Of a DNA stretch of 64,000 nt, positions 39,000-52,213 are shown one piece after another (the first letter of the stretch is position 1; each line of letters starts with the position of its first letter). The DNA lies in contig JAQFVV010000001.1 of NCBI GenBank assembly GCA_028023455.1, forward strand, positions 26,350,001 to 26,414,000. Reading direction: 5' to 3'. The notes beneath the pieces were generated by a model that was given only the letters and a program-made list of their open reading frames with translations, was not told the origin of the DNA and ran no database searches. The translations under genes and the position numbers were made by a program. This DNA is from Epiperipatus broadwayi (Eukaryota > Animalia > Onychophora).

Positions 39000-41900
39000 A
39001 TGATAGCATAGAGAATAAAAAATTAGTGATGTACACCAATCTTCAAACACCAATAGTGTAGCATCCACTAGTAGACAAAAACAAACAAAAGATGGGTATG
39101 GTAAAGACATAACCAAAGTTTTAAGAAATTAAGAAGAGATTTGGGAAATGATTTCTCTCCTCAAGAAGCCATATTAAAAGTGAGAAACAAAACTAAACCA
39201 TTAATAAGAAAAATCACAATCTAACATGTTCTTGGGAAGGTAAAGTACTTAATGATGCTGTACAAAGCTGGCTCATGATAGAATTAATGTTTGACAATTT
39301 AAGAGTTAAAGCCTTGTTAGACACTGGTAGCCAAATCTCTGCAATTCTTATAAATTGTATAGAAAGGTAATGGATAAAACTCCAAATATCAAAACACTAC
39401 CCCTCAAGTCAGTACAGGTTACCATGGCTAACAATAAGATGGCAAAATTTATTCTAAAACATATCTGTGTCAAACTGATCATTAACCAAACACATATATA
39501 TATATCTATCATGTCCTTTTAATACTAAGTGGCTCATTCATGAAATCATTTTAAGGGCAGATTTCCTACATTTGAACAAATGCATGGTTAATTTCAAAAA
39601 CAAATTAGTTAGGGCAAAAACAAATTATGTAGGGTGAGTGATGAGGTAGTAGAAATGACATTGTTGCCAAGTTATGACTTAGATGCAATTTATTGTATAT
39701 TCTAAAACATATCTGGGTCAAACTGATCATTAAGCAAACATGTATCTATCATGTTTATTTAATACTAAGTGGCTCATTCATGAAATCATTTTAAGGGCAA
39801 ACTTCCTACATTTGAACAAATGCATGGTTGATTTTAAAATAAATTAGGTAGAGTGATGAGGTTGTAGAAATGACATTATTGCCAAGTTATGGCTTAAATG
39901 AAATTGATTGTATATTATCTTTTATACCTGAAGCTCAACTGAAATAAAAATTTGCTGAGTCAAATTTAATTAAAGATGATATAGTAAAATGTGATTAATG
40001 AATATAATATCATATTCTCAAAAATACCAGAAGTGATAGAGGAATTCTAGCAAAGAATTAAACTGTTTAAAAACCAATCATTTCAATTTAAAACATATCC
40101 TATCCCATATCAAAATGAAATTAACAAGCAGATTCAGAAGATGATTGATTGAGAAATAATTTCCAAATGCTCCTCACCATTTTGCAACTCTATTGTAATG
40201 GTGTAAAAAGAAAGATAGGTTGATGAGATTTACTATTCCAGATAAGAATAAACCACAACCCATATACAAATTATCTGTGAAATTTATAATAAAGTATTTT
40301 CCACTTTTAACCTCCAGTTATTTGCAAATTGAGCTTCATCCAGATGATCACCAATATAATGCATTTCAATTGGATGGATTTACCTATCAATTTAATAGGG
40401 TGCCATTTGGATTGATTAATAATAGTGCTGGTTTAATAAGATGCCTGGATAAAACTGTCTCTTGAGATCAAACAGATAGCAATAATCTATGTAAATGATG
40501 TTATCATTCCATCTCTTACCATTAAAGAACATCTTCACCATTTAAGAATATTCTTTAAAGAGTGCTATGACAAAGGTATGACAAAGGTATAAAAATCAAT
40601 TTCAAGAAGATTACATTAGTGTGCAATAAAGTAGTCTTTTTATGTCATGTTATTGGTTGTAATGGGGTGAGACTTCATCCAGGTAAGATCAGTATGATAT
40701 AGAATTTTCCTACACCAAATAACAAATAACAGATCAGATCACTTTTAGGGTTATATAATTTTTATAATCATTTTCTCCCAAATTTTCTGACCATATGGAA
40801 TCATTATTAAAACTGATCAGAAAATATGAAAGATGGAACAGGACTCAAGATCAAGATAATGTGTTTGCTACTAATAAAACAAGATTTTTAGAGCAAGTAA
40901 TGCTAGCTTTCCCTGATTTTAATAAACCCTTTATCTTACAAACAGATAGTAGTGGTTATAGATTATGGGTAACTCTATCCCAAATGCAGGAGGATGGCCA
41001 AGCCAGAGTCCTTTTCCTTGTTAGCCTTCTCTTAAAAGGTCCTGAAATTAATTATATAGTCACTGAAAAGGAAGTATTAGCCATAATGTGGGCTTTCCAG
41101 AAATTTTGACAAATGCTTCTCAGATCAGAGGTAATAGTGATCACTGATTATAAAAGCCTTGAATTCTTCCATCACAGCTGTTTATTTAACAGTCACCCTA
41201 TTAGATGAAGTTTGATGTTACAAGAATTCAATTATACAGTCAGATACAGTAAAGGATCCGAAAACATTGTAACTGATGTGCTAAGTCAAAATCCATGTCA
41301 GTCAGAACAGCAACATTTAATGGTGGATAACGACTACATTTTAAATATCAAAATAACAATTAAAGACAATGTAGAGAATGATTTATTAAGCATAAAACAA
41401 CTTCAAACCCTTGATCATGATCTGAGCAAAATTATCAAAACACTAAACAAAGAGGAAATTCTGTATAAAGCCAATGATTTGAAAAGTTACAGACTAGATA
41501 ATCAAGTATTAAAATATAAATCAAATAATAAAAAAGTGAATAGAGGTTAGTAATACCAAAAAAGTAAGAAACCCACTCACTGAATATGTACATTATTTAT
41601 ATGAGCACTATGGGGCCCATAAAATCAAGCAATAATGAAAAATTGTTTTTACTTGCCTAGAATGTATCATAACATTGTGAAAGAATTCAGAACTGTCACA
41701 TATGCTTAAAAGCCAAGCCAGTAAACAGAAATTACGTGAGTTCAGTTAATAATGTTCCCAAAAGAGCAAATAAGATCTTAGTAATGGACTTTTATGGCCT
41801 ATTGCCACCTTTTAACAAGAAAAAATATTTGCTAGTGGCTTATAATCTCTTCACAAAAATTGTGGCTATTTACTCTATATTTCAAGTTAATACTAAATTC

Positions 41901-42560
41901 ACTATTAAAGTATTAGACACCCTACATTTCAAAGAAATAGGAAAAACCATGAATTATCTTAACTAATCATGATACTCCTTTACTATCTAAAAAATGGTCT
42001 CAATGGGTATGGGAACAACAGATAAAATGTGCTTACATCTATTAGGAACCACCATTTAAACCCTTGTGAAGGCATAATGCAGGAACTCAGACATTTGTTC
42101 AGAACCTACTTGGGAGACAAGCATAAAGGTTGGGAAAACCACACACAGCACCTAGTCAATTATATCAATTGGAATGTAAATGAATCTCACTGAATTCTCA
42201 TCCATTAGACTACAATTGAGACAAAATACGCAATTTTATTCCACACACCCATGCCTATGTTCACAGAATCACCCATCAATCCCAAAAAAGATTAGAGGCA
42301 TATAACAAAATGATAGCAATGGTGAAAAGTGCACAAATTAAAAAAAAGCTAAATACCATTTTAAAATAGGTGATAAGTTTTTATTAAAACACCCCATGTA
42401 AGTAACCCCAAAGAATTTATCTTCCACAAATTCTGAAATTTATATGAGGGACCATTTATCATTATCAAATATGCTGGTCCAAATGCATATTGGGTAGATA
42501 AAGGCAATGTTTCCAAAGGAATATTCAATGCCTGAAGTATGAAGCCATACCATGGGAACA
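39000..42560 (+). mobile_element. Degenerate Ty3/Gypsy pol (PR-RT-RH-IN)
   Basis: ALLDTGSQIS (39311), RT YLQIELHP..FNRVPFGL (40220-40465) and YVNDVII, RNase H LQTDSS..EKEVLAIMWA (40795-41109), LQEFNYTVRY.KG..N..D.LS, integrase MDFYG.LP, and a C-terminal GPF.II. A 248-bp tandem duplication spans 39451-~39915. Confidence 0.9.
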
Positions 42561-43638
42561 AATAACAAATTCACCATCATCTTAAAAGAAAGTACAAGGC
42601 TATAAACTACAAATCCAGTCTGAAATAATAACCAACAATATTTATATTTGATCGAGGTTTTAAATAATTCAGTAACATTGACTAAAACCATTAATGACTA
42701 TTGCATTTAATGGAAAAGACAAAGACAGCTTGATAAAATGTTGTATTATAACAGTTGAAATAAAGTCAGTTATAAATCATATACATATTTTTCATCAATA
42801 AAAATTATGTTAAAAGTAAAGTAAGCTTCCAATCTAACATCAATCTATCATTAATCTAACTATAACTGAAAATAGTTTTATTTTCTATATTATTTAAAGT
42901 TAAATATCCACTTTCTCAACAAAATTCTCCAACACTGAGGTTTTTCTTAGAAATCTTCCCTTATCCTTGTTTCACAAAATCTTAATATTTAGTTGAATAA
43001 TAAAATCCATTTTTATTAAAGAGAAAGCATGTTTTCATCATCTATAGAATAACCACAATTTTGCTACTATTGATAAAGATGACATCATATTATAAACAAT
43101 TTTTTGGCACTGATACTATTTTGACTAAGATTAAATCAGGACTATTACTTTCTAATTAGTAATAGCTGGATTACTATTCACTAATTATTACATTGGATGG
43201 GCAGCTGAATTAGCTATATGGGACAATTACGTCAAAACTTATACATTAAACATGATTTTGAAGGAAAATGAATTTCCAAAGTTCAAATGGCCTGATTTTA
43301 AATCACAGATTGAGATTTAAAATATTTCATTCTAATATTTCATATTATATTTTTGAAATAATTTCTCTAAATCTTAGTGTTATCTTAATTAATGTATTCA
43401 ATTCTGCAAACAATTCATCACCTTGATGTAATAGTTTATTTGATTTTCTGAGTAGGTATATATTTTCAAACTGTTATTTAAGAAATATTTATGAATATTT
43501 TACCCCTTTCAATAAATTTGTGATTGTATATTCTTACTGTATCTATTGAATATATGATTAATATGTAAATAAATATCTTCATGACAATCTATGGTGTCCA
43601 TTTCTATATGTAATTTTTATCAGTATCAATACAAGGGT

Positions 43639-43806
43639 TCATTTTTTAAATTCTGAATTGTTTTTTGCCAATTTTTTGCATTTTAATTTTATTCTAAATT
43701 TGTCAAATTTCAATGCATTACTTTCAAAAATTATACTTTTATTATCATATATGTGAAAATACATAGTCAAGTGATCAATTTCAAATATTTTGCCTGTTAC
43801 AAAAAG
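43639..43806 (-). pseudogene. Possible exon or gene remnant (LFVTGKIFEIDHLTMYFHIYDNKSIIF..)
   Basis: 55 open codons follow a strong acceptor (TTTTTTTCTTTAATCTTAG); further coding-like but broken frames extend to ~43000. No homology recognised. Confidence 0.25.
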
Positions 43807-43957
43807 CTAAGATTAAAGAAAAAAATGTTTCAATTGCAATTCAGAAAGATCTCCAAACTGAATAAAATCTTAATTATGTTATATCCATCCTACATATTTA
43901 ATTATAAAATTCATTTGTCTGAAGATTTGTGATGATGGTATTTTATTTTATTTATTG

Positions 43958-45419
43958 GGTACTACTTACATAGCTAGGCTTGGCTGCTTGATGGCATTAT
44001 TACCAGTCAAAAATAATACAATCTAATATTCCTGGGCTCCAATTTATAAAATACGCCATGATTTTTAGATTTTTAAAAACAACTTTTATTATTAATTACT
44101 ATTAATTATTTCAATTTTGTGATTTTTATTTTATTTCTATTTTACAATTTGAAAAAACAACTTTTAATTATTCAAAACAACTGCTTTTAACTATATGGCG
44201 AATATTTTTTTTTTGCTTTATTTATATTATACTGCAAATTTTTTTGGCTTTACTTTTATTACACGATTTCTTTAAAAACAACTTTTAATATGTTTTAAAA
44301 CAAACTCTTAATTATTAATAACAACTTTTAACTTTTTTTTTTTTGGACTTTGTATTAGCTTTTTTTTTTTTGGTTCAACAATAAAAACAAAAACATCTTT
44401 TAACTCTTTTTTTAAAAACAACTTTTAATTATACGGCAAATTTTTTTTTTTGCTTTACTTATATTATATGGCTTTTTTTTTTTTAGCTTTACTTGTATTA
44501 CGTGATTTCTTTAAAAACAACTTTTAATATTTTTTAAAACCAACTTTTAATTATTAATAACAACTTTTACCTTATTTTTTGGGACTTTGTATTAACTTTT
44601 TTTTTTGGCTCAACAATAAAAACAAAAACATTTAACTTTTTTGTTATTAAAAACAACTATTAACTTTTTTAAAAAAACAACTTTCGGTAAATATTTTTTC
44701 AAAGCAACTTTTAATTATTAATAATAACTTTTAACTTTTTTTGGGAGGGGGGACTTAAAACCTTCGAACCAACTGCTATTGTGAATGGAAAATCTTCAAT
44801 GGCAGGAGACTGACTTATAACTGAAATATTTGTTTACAGCTATACAATTTCATGCCTTGTCCACACTCACATCACTTCAACTGTTGTAGGATCCAGTAAC
44901 ATTGTAGAAATGCCACAGACTCAGCATCTGTTGTCGGCAATTCAGATACATTTATTCTTTCAGTGGCCATTTTATTAGTATCGTGGTATTTCAAGTTGAA
45001 ACAAGACTTTGCACTTTTAACTCAGAAGATTCATCTTGTTAAGTCCCCTTGGCAAGGTTTTGCACCCTACACATTGTGTAAGAAGGGTGGTGTTGGTTGG
45101 ACAATTCTTAGTCACTCAAACTGCGTGATTTAAGTAGAAATTAAATTACCATTCTATGAATCTTTTAAAACTTGTGCCCACTTGAAATCCACACACTGAC
45201 AGATGATATGGTAACAAACTGTGAAATGTGCGAATTCACATAAATTGTCGCGAAGCACAAAATAAGCCATAATGTTTCTGTGCAACACCATCAAGCAGCC
45301 TGAAATGGCTAAGATAAACAGAACTATTTTCTTAGTCATAAGTCAGGCCCAGGAAACAGTATTTGTAGCTGTTTTTGACTGGCATAAATTCCATCAAGCC
45401 TGGCTATGTAAGTAGTACC
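43958..45419 (-). mobile_element. Internally deleted Merlin (IS1595-related) DNA transposon
   Basis: TIRs GGTACTACTTACATAGC(T/C)AGGCTTG..CCAGTCAAAAA and a perfect 8-bp TSD ATTTATTG (43950-43957, 45420-45427). Minus-strand 44970-44752 encodes MATERINVSELP..VAFLQ..C.CGQGMKLY..FSIHNSSWFEGF, resembling the Merlin transposase N-terminus. 44080-44750 is AACAACTTTTAA-rich tandem sequence. Confidence 0.8.
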
Positions 45420-46399
45420 ATTTATTGGACTAACCTATGTTTATTACTAAAAACTATATATTTGAAAAAGCATTAAGTGTGAATTTTTCTAAATACATTT
45501 AATATTTCAATTATATGACAGAAATAGTCCATTATAACAAAAATGTTATTAGTTATTAGTAATAACTAAATATATTTTTATTAATAGTTTACCAATTAAA
45601 CATGACTATTAACAAGATTAGGCAGGCAAGTATATTCTAGTTTAATATGGATGAGTTTAATAGTTAACCACTGTATAGAAATCATAATGAAAAGCTAATG
45701 AAGAAGCCAAAGTAGCATATTGATTTTATCAGACCAGAATATAGATAACAGAGGTTGTAAATCATTTATGTAATAACTATATCCAAATGAATTCAAGAAA
45801 GCCCCTGCTCAAAATGTCAAACCATTGTAGCATCATTTTTGGTGCAAATGCCTCATCAAGAGAATTACAAAATATGTCACAACAGATATCACAACAATCC
45901 ATGATCTAACTAAAACATATCTTTATTATGATTAGCATGATTATCTTTGACAGCAGTTACTTGCCAACTTTAACTTTTCTTATAAAAATTCCATTAAGAA
46001 AGATAAGACTTAAGAAACAATTCTGAAACAGAAAAAAAAGAGACAACATATTAAACAAAATTTGTTACTGTAATAAAGACACACCACAATCAAATGATAC
46101 TAATTACTTTTTTGGAATAAAAAATTGAGACAAGATATTAAACAAAATTTGTTACTGTAATGAAGATATACAGCAGTTAAATGATATTTATTTAAAACCT
46201 ATGCAATTTCTGTATGCAAATGGCATGTGGCTAGAACCTATTATAAATTACACTTGATTTTCTCAGAAAGGTACTTGCTAATGATCTAAAAAATTGAGTG
46301 ACTTGATCTCTTTTTAAGACCAACAGAATAAAAAGTAATCAGGCAAATTGTTTAAAGGTAAAACCATCAATCTTATGATAAAGACTGCAATAATTCAAG

Positions 46400-47700
46400 T
46401 ATTCCCTTAATATCAAGGAAAACATGGGATCACATAATAGAAAAATTAAATAAAACCTAAGGTTATAAAAACTCATTCGAGTTTGTAACCTCAGCAACAT
46501 TGTTAAGTTGAAAACCAATATGTCATAATAAAATTATTTATAGTAAAAACCATAACTGGTTCTACTTCTAGGCATAGTTTTGTCACTAATAAAAAGTATC
46601 ATAAATAAAATTCTTACAAGACAGTTTGAACCAAAACCAAAAACAGTATTGTCACCATTTGGAAACATGATTCTTAATAAATATTCATCACTAGTAGACA
46701 AATCAGGATTATCTTATGCCCAAAGAGAAAAACTTTATCTTACAAAATGTAGTAGAAAAGAGAATGGTGATACAAGTGAAAAAAATTGAAAGAACTATAC
46801 CAATTATGATAATGAACAATTTTGATTTAATATAAAAGGAAGTATTAATTTCTCATGTTAGTGTTTGATATGCTTCAATAATCTGCTATACTAAACAAAA
46901 ATGGGGTAGTAATCAATTCTTAAAATGTTTTTGATTTACATAATCATCCTGGAATAAATAAGTCTCTATAACAGGGTATATAGAATAATTATTTTTCTGA
47001 ATGGTAAAACAAGAGAAATAAAATTGATTCATTAATATCATTTAAAAATATAATATCCATGGTTAAATGAAAATATGAAGAACTGCATTAAGAGAAAAGA
47101 TTAACATCAAAGAAGGCATGATCTTCACAGAAATATTATAGTTCAAAGATTTTGTTTATCATCACAAGTTACATAATTTCAAGTAGGTGTTAAGAATGGT
47201 GGAAATGATAAAATGTTATGTAAACATTAGTGCAAACTTCCATAAACATACTATCGCTTCAAAGTCAAAAGATAACTCAAAGGATCTGCTAATAAGAAGA
47301 CATGTTATATCTCTTTGGCATCAACAAATCAAATCATTTCATCCAGACTCCAATAAAGTGTGGTTAAAAAAAACAATTCAAGCATTGTTAATCAAAAGAG
47401 CATAATGACCACTAAGATTGTTGTGAGTGTCACTCTCACTTCAGGAACCTCTGGAATTAACTAACCCCATCATAAATACTATAGAAGCATAAATGAAGAT
47501 GACAAATGCAAGTTGCAGTTAAATCATAATCATTTAAAGTTGAAAAAAACCAATTTCATGAGTCCCTGTATCAGAGCAAAAAGCATCCAATGAAACCACA
47601 AGCATCTTCTGCTAAGATGCAAGTATCCTTACCATATCAATTGCCAACCTATCTAATAATTTAATGAACTCAGTCAAAAAAATATCCCAATACACACCGA
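46400..47700 (+). mobile_element. Possible decayed CR1/L2-like LINE ORF2 remnant
   Basis: PWLNENMKNCIKRKD (~47055) and DSNKVWLKK resemble the EN-RT linker; otherwise heavily disrupted. Confidence 0.3.
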
Positions 47701-49294
47701 GATATAACTCAAAAACAAAAGTAGAGGGGTATGTTATGACCATCCATTAATTTAATTATGCATTTAGTTATTAGTAAACGCCAAGTGAGAATGATTTTAC
47801 TTAAGTAAATTATTAAACGAGACTAACAAAGTATTCTATAATGCAATTAAAATACACATTCATATAACAAATGTTCAATCTGATTCATGTGGATTTTATT
47901 AAACAAACAACTGATTATAAGATTTTATTAATAACTTATTCCACTTTAATACATCAATGTGGAGTCAAATTTTATGCACATATGAAATCAATGATACTTT
48001 TGTAAAATGGGTTTAGAAAATAAAATATCATGGAAATCAAAATGTGGGGAGAAAAGTTCTATAAATTCTATAAAACTATTTGCTCTCCAAAGACAGAAAA
48101 GTAGCTTAAAAAATATTAATGATGTCTTGGACTTTTTATTACTATGAGCTTTCAGATTAATGATGTTATTTAAAATTGGGTCGTTGAAATTATTTCATTA
48201 TCCATATATAAAACTGATAGACCAGTATTTATTATTTTTGTTTTATTATGAACAGAATATCCTCTCACCTTACTGCATTTAACTTCAATATTAAATATTT
48301 AATTTAGCGAAGTTTCAACTTTGATTTCTCAAATACATAGTAATATTTTGCATATTATAAAGTCACAAGGCAAGTGAACATTTAAATATATAAATATGAC
48401 TTTTCAAATGTACTTATAGTAAATGTTGTATTGTGATTTTGGTATCATCAAGCATTTTTTCATTCTCTGATTTTAAACAATTTTTAACAAGGATTTTTGC
48501 AGTTGTTATATGATATAAATTTCATTTTCGAAAAGCATATGACGTTTCTATAGAAAGATTGGATAAATTTGCTAAGCAATAGAAAGTAATATTTGAAGAA
48601 ATTATAACCATATTAAGATGATTTAAAATATGAGCACGTTATGATATTAGTTTTGTTTAATATATATCAATTTCATTCCGAAAAAAATTAATAATATTTA
48701 CGTTTAAGATATTAAAAGTTTTGAATGCTAAAAATATTAAAATTCGACTAAATTTATCTACAATATGTAACTAATTAAATTACCTTATTAAATTATGCGA
48801 TATATTTTTACTTTAAAATATAAAACGGTGTAAAAATTTTACAATTAAATAAATAATCTTTTTTGTTTTGTTATTTTCTTTATAGCAGATAAACCGTCTG
48901 CAAGGAATTTTTATTTAAAAGATATGGTTTTCTAATATAAGTTTCGTATAAAAAAATTTTAATATAATACTTTAAACGACAGCTATACTGCGACATTTAT
49001 TAATATAAAATAATAATAATATACATCATAAATTTAAAAAGCAGTTTTAGAGAAATACTTTTTCTTTTTTTTTGCGCTTGAAAATTAGCTACTATTTAAA
49101 ATCTAAGCGTCCTAATACTATCACGTGATTTTATACTGTATTTAACTTGTAATGGTGAGTTTATTGACTTTTTACCTCTGAGTTTAAGATCAAGAAACAT
49201 CATGGTCTTTCTTCTCAGTGCCTGATAAAGCAGAATGAAGGTTTGTGTAAATGATAAATATTTTTCCAATACATATATATAATTATGACAGACA

Positions 49295-52213
49295 AAAATA
49301 AAGCATGGCCCTTATTCCCAGGAAGCTGTAAAGTCACCAACCAAGGCAGCGGTTGGTGGCCGAAGGCGGAGGGTGCTAAGAATCCCCTGATTGCGGACCC
49401 AGGCTGCCATTTGATGACGACTTTTTATTTAGGTACTTACAACTGCAGATCATTTTTAAGTGAAGGAAGATTGCAAGAATTAGAAGAAGAACTCTCTTAT
49501 TTAAATAGGACATTATTGGACTTTGTGAGGTTAGAAGAAAAAGTGAAGAGGCAATTGATTTAAAAAGTGGACATATACTCTATTATAAAGGCACAAATAT
49601 TGGAAATACAAGTGGAGTAGGATTCATTATAAATAAAAAGTGGAAGAACAATATTGTGAAGATTGATGGTGTATCGGACAGAATGGCAAGATTAGTTATA
49701 CAACTTAATAGCAGATACCACATGCAGATAATTCAGGTTTATGCCCCAACAAGTTCTCATACTGATGAAGTAGTAGAAGATTTTTATATGGATATACAAA
49801 ATGCTTTTGATCAGAGTAAACAACATTTTAAAATTGTTATGGGAGACTTTAATGTTAGAATTGGTAAACAAATGAAAGTGCTGTAGGTAATTTTGGTTAT
49901 GGTAATAGAAATGAGAGAGGACATAGACTTGTGGAGTTTGCAGAAAAAGAAAAACTTTATATTATGAATTATTTTTTTGAGAAAAATGTTAAAAGGAAAT
50001 GGACATGGAAGCATCCAAATGAAGGTACAGCAGAATTGGATTATATTTTGACTAACAGGAAATACATATTTCAAGATCGTAATGTTCTTAACAAATTTAA
50101 TACAGAAAGTGATCATCGATTAGTAAGGTGTAAGATACGTGTTAATGTAAAACTAGAGAGACAAAAATTATTAAGAAAAACAATATTTACAGTTGATATT
50201 CCTAATCTTCAGAAACATTCTAATGAATTTAAATTAGAACTTACAAATCACTTTCAAGTATTAGTAGATTTTGAACATGATTCAGATTTGAATGAAATTA
50301 ATATGAAAATAACTGATACACTTTTAAAAACTGCAACAAAGATAGCTGGTAGAAAAAAGTAGCAATTGACCAATAAAATTTCTATTGAGACTAGAGAATT
50401 TATGAACAAAAGAAGGAATATGAAGATATACAAAAATGATGCATTAAAAAGGATTGAATATCTTGTATTTTATAAAATGGTGCGGAAAAGAGTTGAAAAT
50501 GATATGAGGAAGTATAACTGTGAACTAGTAAGGAAAGCTGTAGAAGAAAATAAAAGTCTTACAAATGTAAAACAACATTTTGATATTGGTAGGAAATTTA
50601 TATCTGCAATAAGAAAAAAAGATGGAATTATTACTAAAAAGAGAGATGACATCATGAAATTGGTAGATTTTTATCCAGAATTATATAGTAATAAAGAACA
50701 AATACCTACTATATCTATTACATCTTCCAAATTGCCCAGAATTTTAAATGAAGAAGTGAGACATGCAATTAAATGTATGAAGAAAGGAAAGGCTCCAGGT
50801 AATGATGGAATTATAATTGATATATTAAAAGAAGCAGGTGAAGAAATAGAAAAAATTTTAGCAAAGTTATATACCAAATGTCTAAATGATAAAGATGTAC
50901 CGGATGATTGGAAGCAGTAATAATATTTAAAAAAAGTGATAAAGAAGATATTAGAAATTACAGACCTATCAGTCTTATCAGTTTTATATAAAATTTTTAC
51001 CAAAATAATTACAACTGGTCTACAGAGAACATTGAATTTTCACCAACCAAGAGAACAAGCTGGATTTAAAAATGATTTTAGTACAGTAGATCATATCCAG
51101 GTTTTGAGAGAAGTTATAGAAAGGACAAATGAATATGAGTTGTCATTATGTTTTGGATTTGTAGATTATGAAAGGGCATTTGATTCTATAAACATTTCTT
51201 CAGTGATTAAAGCATTGGATCATCAAAGTATAGATCAGGATCTTGTCATATTTTAAAGAATATTTATAAAAATGCAACAGCAACAGTTAGATTACACAAT
51301 GATACTGGAAAATTCAACATTGAGAAAGGTGTAAAACAAGGTGACTCCATATCTCCAAAACTTTTTACAGCAATGCTGCAAGAAGTATTTTGTGGATTAA
51401 AATGGGAAACTAAATGAGTGAAAGTAAATGGAGATTATTTAAGTCATTTAGATTTCGCAGATGATGTAGTTGATTTTGCAAATAATGCTTCAGAGCTGCA
51501 GGAAATGTTGCAGGAGTTATCAGATGAAAGTAGGACTAAAGATAAATGTTAAAAAGACTAAAGTACTGTTTAATTGATTTGCTCAAAATATGAAAATAAA
51601 GATTTATTATCATGAATTAGAAGAAGTTAACAGTTACAAATACCTTGGTCAGATTATTAATACAGATGGAAACATAATGGAGGAAATTAATCATAGAATT
51701 AAACTTGGTTGGAGTGCTTTTGGTAGAAATAACTTGATACTAAAAGGAAATATGCCTGTGTGTTTGAAAAGGGAGGTTTTTAACAAATTTGTTTTACCAG
51801 TTCTTACTTATGGATCTGAGACTTGGACACTTAATAGAAGAGCAATACAGAGACTTCAGACCACTCAAAGAAGTATGGAGAGATGTATGTTGGGAGTAAC
51901 AAGAAGTGATCGAAAATGCAATGTATGGGTAAGAGAACAAATAGGTGTTACTGACCTCATTGAAAAAATTAAAAGATTGAAGGGGAGTTAGGCTGAACAT
52001 ATTGCTAGAAGAGATGATAATAGATGGACAATTGAAATTTTAAACTGGATTCCAAGAGGTTGTAGAAGACCCAGAAAGAGACCACATGTGAGATGGATGG
52101 ATGAAATAATAAAGTGTGCAGGGGTGATGTGAAGATAAGCTAAAGATCGGAGAAGATGGGTTAAACTTGGAGAGACCTTCATCCTGCAGTGGGTTGATAA
52201 TGATGATGGTGGT
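49295..52213 (+). mobile_element. RTE-clade LINE, near full-length EN-RT ORF with multiple stops and frameshifts
   Basis: APE motifs GTYNCR, QVYAPT, VMGDFN and DHRLV; RT motifs QPREQAGF, FVDYERAFDSI, GVKQGD.ISPKLF, FADD and LTYGSETW; 3' tail TGATAATGATGATGGTGGT. No TSD seen. Confidence 0.95.

Noticed and set aside
49300-49400. Possible HDV-like ribozyme at the RTE 5' end (GCTAAG J4/2-like)
   Set aside because: Could not assemble the P1/P3/L3/P1.1 nested pseudoknot.
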